DNA of 64,000 bases from Paramoeba atlantica (lineage: Eukaryota > Protista > Discosea). Both the position numbers and the translations under genes were made by a program. This document shows positions 61,602 to 64,000 of the stretch, piece after piece. Below the pieces are notes generated by a model. The model did no database searches. It worked only from the letters and a program-made list of their open reading frames with translations, and was not told where the DNA came from. The DNA lies in contig CDRNVI010000026.1 in the NCBI GenBank assembly GCA_977017575.1, forward strand, positions 589,231-653,230. The letters are read 5' to 3'. The number at the start of each line of letters is the position of its first letter. The first letter of the stretch is position 1.

Positions 61602-62560
61602 TCACCAAGATCTCGAAAGTGGACTGGATCTAAATCTAGTCGAAATGCGCATACATTCAAAGATCTTGTAGGCAATAGTCGTGAGCAAATTGAGGACACA
61701 ATTGAAGCTGAATGTGCAATTCTCCAAGACAAACTACGGAAAAACCATTCCAGCCCTTGGAGATTCATTCGCGAAATATGCGGAATGAGGAAAACGGTTT
61801 TTAATTATGGCGCAGGTCAATCAAACCGGAAACGACTAGCAGCCGTTAAGGACTTCTTCTCTAAAATTGCTAACCGAGGTGTTGGAGATACAAAAGTTGA
61901 ATTCCAAAAAAAAAAAAATCCAAATCATTCCGGATTGCTCCGGATGGTCACTGGCAAGCCAGACCCTTCACAGACAGATTTGGAAGTTCCGAGGCCGACG
62001 TCCTCTACCAGTTTCCGCTTGTCCAAGGCGGCAACAACGTGCTCTTGCCAACACGCTGCGTCGACGAACTGTACGTCAACACGGCTTACCCAAGAGGTGT
62101 AAGCCGGGTAAGGGAGCTGGTTCCCTGAGGGGAGGGTCCGGGACGGTCCTCCGAGTACTGGGCCTAGTCGGTTATCAGCCCAGCCTCTTAGAGTGAGGCC
62201 GCCGGGAATATTGCGATGAGCGGGTTTGAACTCGCCGTCTGAGCACCATGTGCTTCAAACTTTGAATTCTTGCCACTCCGCCACCTCCGCCTGAAAAAAA
62301 AGTTGAATTTGATGAGGCCAAAAACTTTGAAGGAGAAATCATGGATTTACCTTTCACAGAAGATGAACTTGCATGCGCTGCGCGTAGACTTAAACGAGGC
62401 AAAGCCCCAGGACTCGACGAGATACCAGCGAAAGCGTACATATCCATACTCGAAGAAAATTCTTTACGCCATCTCCTTCTTGGAATCATTAACAAAACCC
62501 TTGAAACGGGACCACTGAGGATCAGAGATTAACATAGTTGCCGAGTCTAATCGGCGCATA
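61602..62560 (+). mobile_element. 3' remainder (D) of element A, internally deleted, carrying SINE2 copy 2
   Basis: Starts at the TSD with SPRSRKWT, continuing A's ...HTLSPRS. The linker IEDTIEAECAILQDKLRKNHSSPWR and the RT start FTEDEL..KAPGLDEIP are homologous to lineages B and C. The RT is deleted after LLGIINKTLETG. Stem-loop GCCGA-GTCTAA-TCGGC at 62540-62555. Confidence 0.75.
61904..62297 (-). mobile_element. tRNA-derived SINE (family 2), copy 2
   Basis: Highly similar to 51037-51444. 12-bp TSD AAAAGTTGAATT (61892-61903 and 62298-62309). Same A/B boxes, with the 3' hairpin at 61929-61944. Confidence 0.9.
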
Positions 62561-62594
62561 TTGTAAACTTGTGTTACCAAGAGGGGTATATATT

Positions 62595-64000
62595 TATGGT
62601 TATGTTTATGTTTATGTTTAGTTCACTCACTCACTCGCTCACTTTACACTAAGCCCCGGAATAGGGCGTTAGTTAAATATCTATCTGTATTTACGCTCAA
62701 TACATTCATCATCTAACTCTCCAACTGATTTCGTTTTCACGTCGATTGCCTCGTACTCGGTGCGCTTCGAAAGCGAAACACACAGCACCTTGCGTACACT
62801 GGATTTTATTGTCCCATCTTGGTTTCCGTCAAAGGGGATATTTTTCCGCGTTATGAGGTCGCGTCTCGTGGTCTACCTTTCTTGGTGCGGTTCGCGGCGG
62901 TACTTAATTGTGATCCAGGCGCGGGGCAATGCTGTGATAAGTGCCGTTCTAGTGTAGTAGCCGAGGTCTTGCGCCTTTTCTCTGAAAGAGCGCCGAAAAG
63001 AGCTGTCTTTGCCAACGTGTCACACTTATCGTTGTATGGGTTGCCGCAATGCCCCTTTACTTTAATCACGTAGAATTTGACGCCATTCTCCTCTAAGGTC
63101 TTTATTGCACCACCTAAATCCCAATAAATGGAAGGCCATTGTATCCTATTAGGTAATACGTTCGCCGCGTATTGCGTATAAAATGCCATGCTACCCACGA
63201 ATCCGTATGCAGTACGATTGTACCCTCAACCTTGGGTGCTCTCTGAATAGCTAGTGGTGCCGCATAAAATTCCGCTCTTTCTGGCGATGGTGTGCCAATA
63301 ATCTCCTTACAAACAGTAGAACTAGCCACTTCATGGCCACACTGAACTTCAACAATCCCAATTCCAATCTTTCCGATGTAACCAGAACTAACTGAGGCGT
63401 CGGTATAAAGGTGTAGAACGTTGTTGTCACTTGAGAAAGGTGTTGGACCTTCTTCAGCGTACTGCAGGGCTGAAAGATCATTTTCCCGCTGTGCAGCAGC
63501 TGCAATGCGGTGCCAACCGCTTGATCTATAACCAATATACATTTTAGGATTCTCTAGCCCCATTTGAAGTTTTTCAACTTGTTTTTGCCAACATTTTCTA
63601 TCCTCCGCATATACCAGGGCTTCCTCGACTACTAGTTCCATATCCCCGGTGCAAGCTTCGGATGGAGAACGAATTCGACTCTTTTCTTTAACGCGCCGCT
63701 GCATCAGTTCCGAATATATCTCTGAATGCCGTATTAAGTGTCCTACATGACGAGCCCAGTTAACTTTGTGCAGTGTGGAAAAAAGTGGGGTGTCTATATA
63801 TAAGGCGGATATTGGCACACTTTTCCCAGAATGATCCAGTTTCGGACACTTACAAATAATACGACGCATCTTATTTACCTGTATATCTACCCATTTCAAT
63901 GTGGTTTCGCTCAACACTAATGTGCCCGAGTTGTAATTTAGGATAGGGTATACGAGGGCATCGAAAAAACGAAGTTTTGTCTTGACGCTCAAGGGCGATA
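62595..64000 (-). mobile_element. RTE-like element E (RT C-terminus plus RNase H, frameshifted), continuing past the window end
   Basis: KLRFFDALVYPIL, FSTLHKV..ARHVGHLIRHS, SPSEA, LYTDAS, ERAEF, HTDS; after a frameshift KVKGHCGNPYNDKCD. Downstream (GAGT)n/(AAACAT)n simple repeats lie near 62595-62640. The 3' boundary is approximate. Confidence 0.85.

Overview
Eukaryotic repeat-dense locus with no intact host gene. Positions 1-43845 are one uninterrupted satellite of an 18-bp monomer, CAAAGGTCTTCAAAAAAA (~2,400 copies). It shows nested higher-order duplications and distinct variant layers, and every ORF called there is an artefact. The array stops abruptly and is joined to the 3' tip of a non-LTR retrotransposon. 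Positions 43846-64000 are a nest of at least five related RTE-like non-LTR lineages (labelled F, C, A/D, B, E); the full-length form has a single frame of novel W-rich N-terminal domain, APE endonuclease, RT, RNase H and basic tail. The nest also holds two related tRNA-derived SINE families, a fragmented Pif1-like helicase relic, a ~5.25-kb tandem duplication and a 2.2-kb Helentron/DINE-1-like insertion carrying a tRNA-like gene, E-box minisatellites and a 205-bp hairpin. Insertion order can be reconstructed from 10-12 bp target-site duplications (TSDs). The most notable candidates are a possible non-canonical 18-bp terminal/telomeric array, RNase H-bearing RTE-like LINEs, and a shared 3' stem-loop plus GGAT(T/A) tail linking the LINEs to one SINE family. 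All assignments are by eye from motifs; no database search was run.
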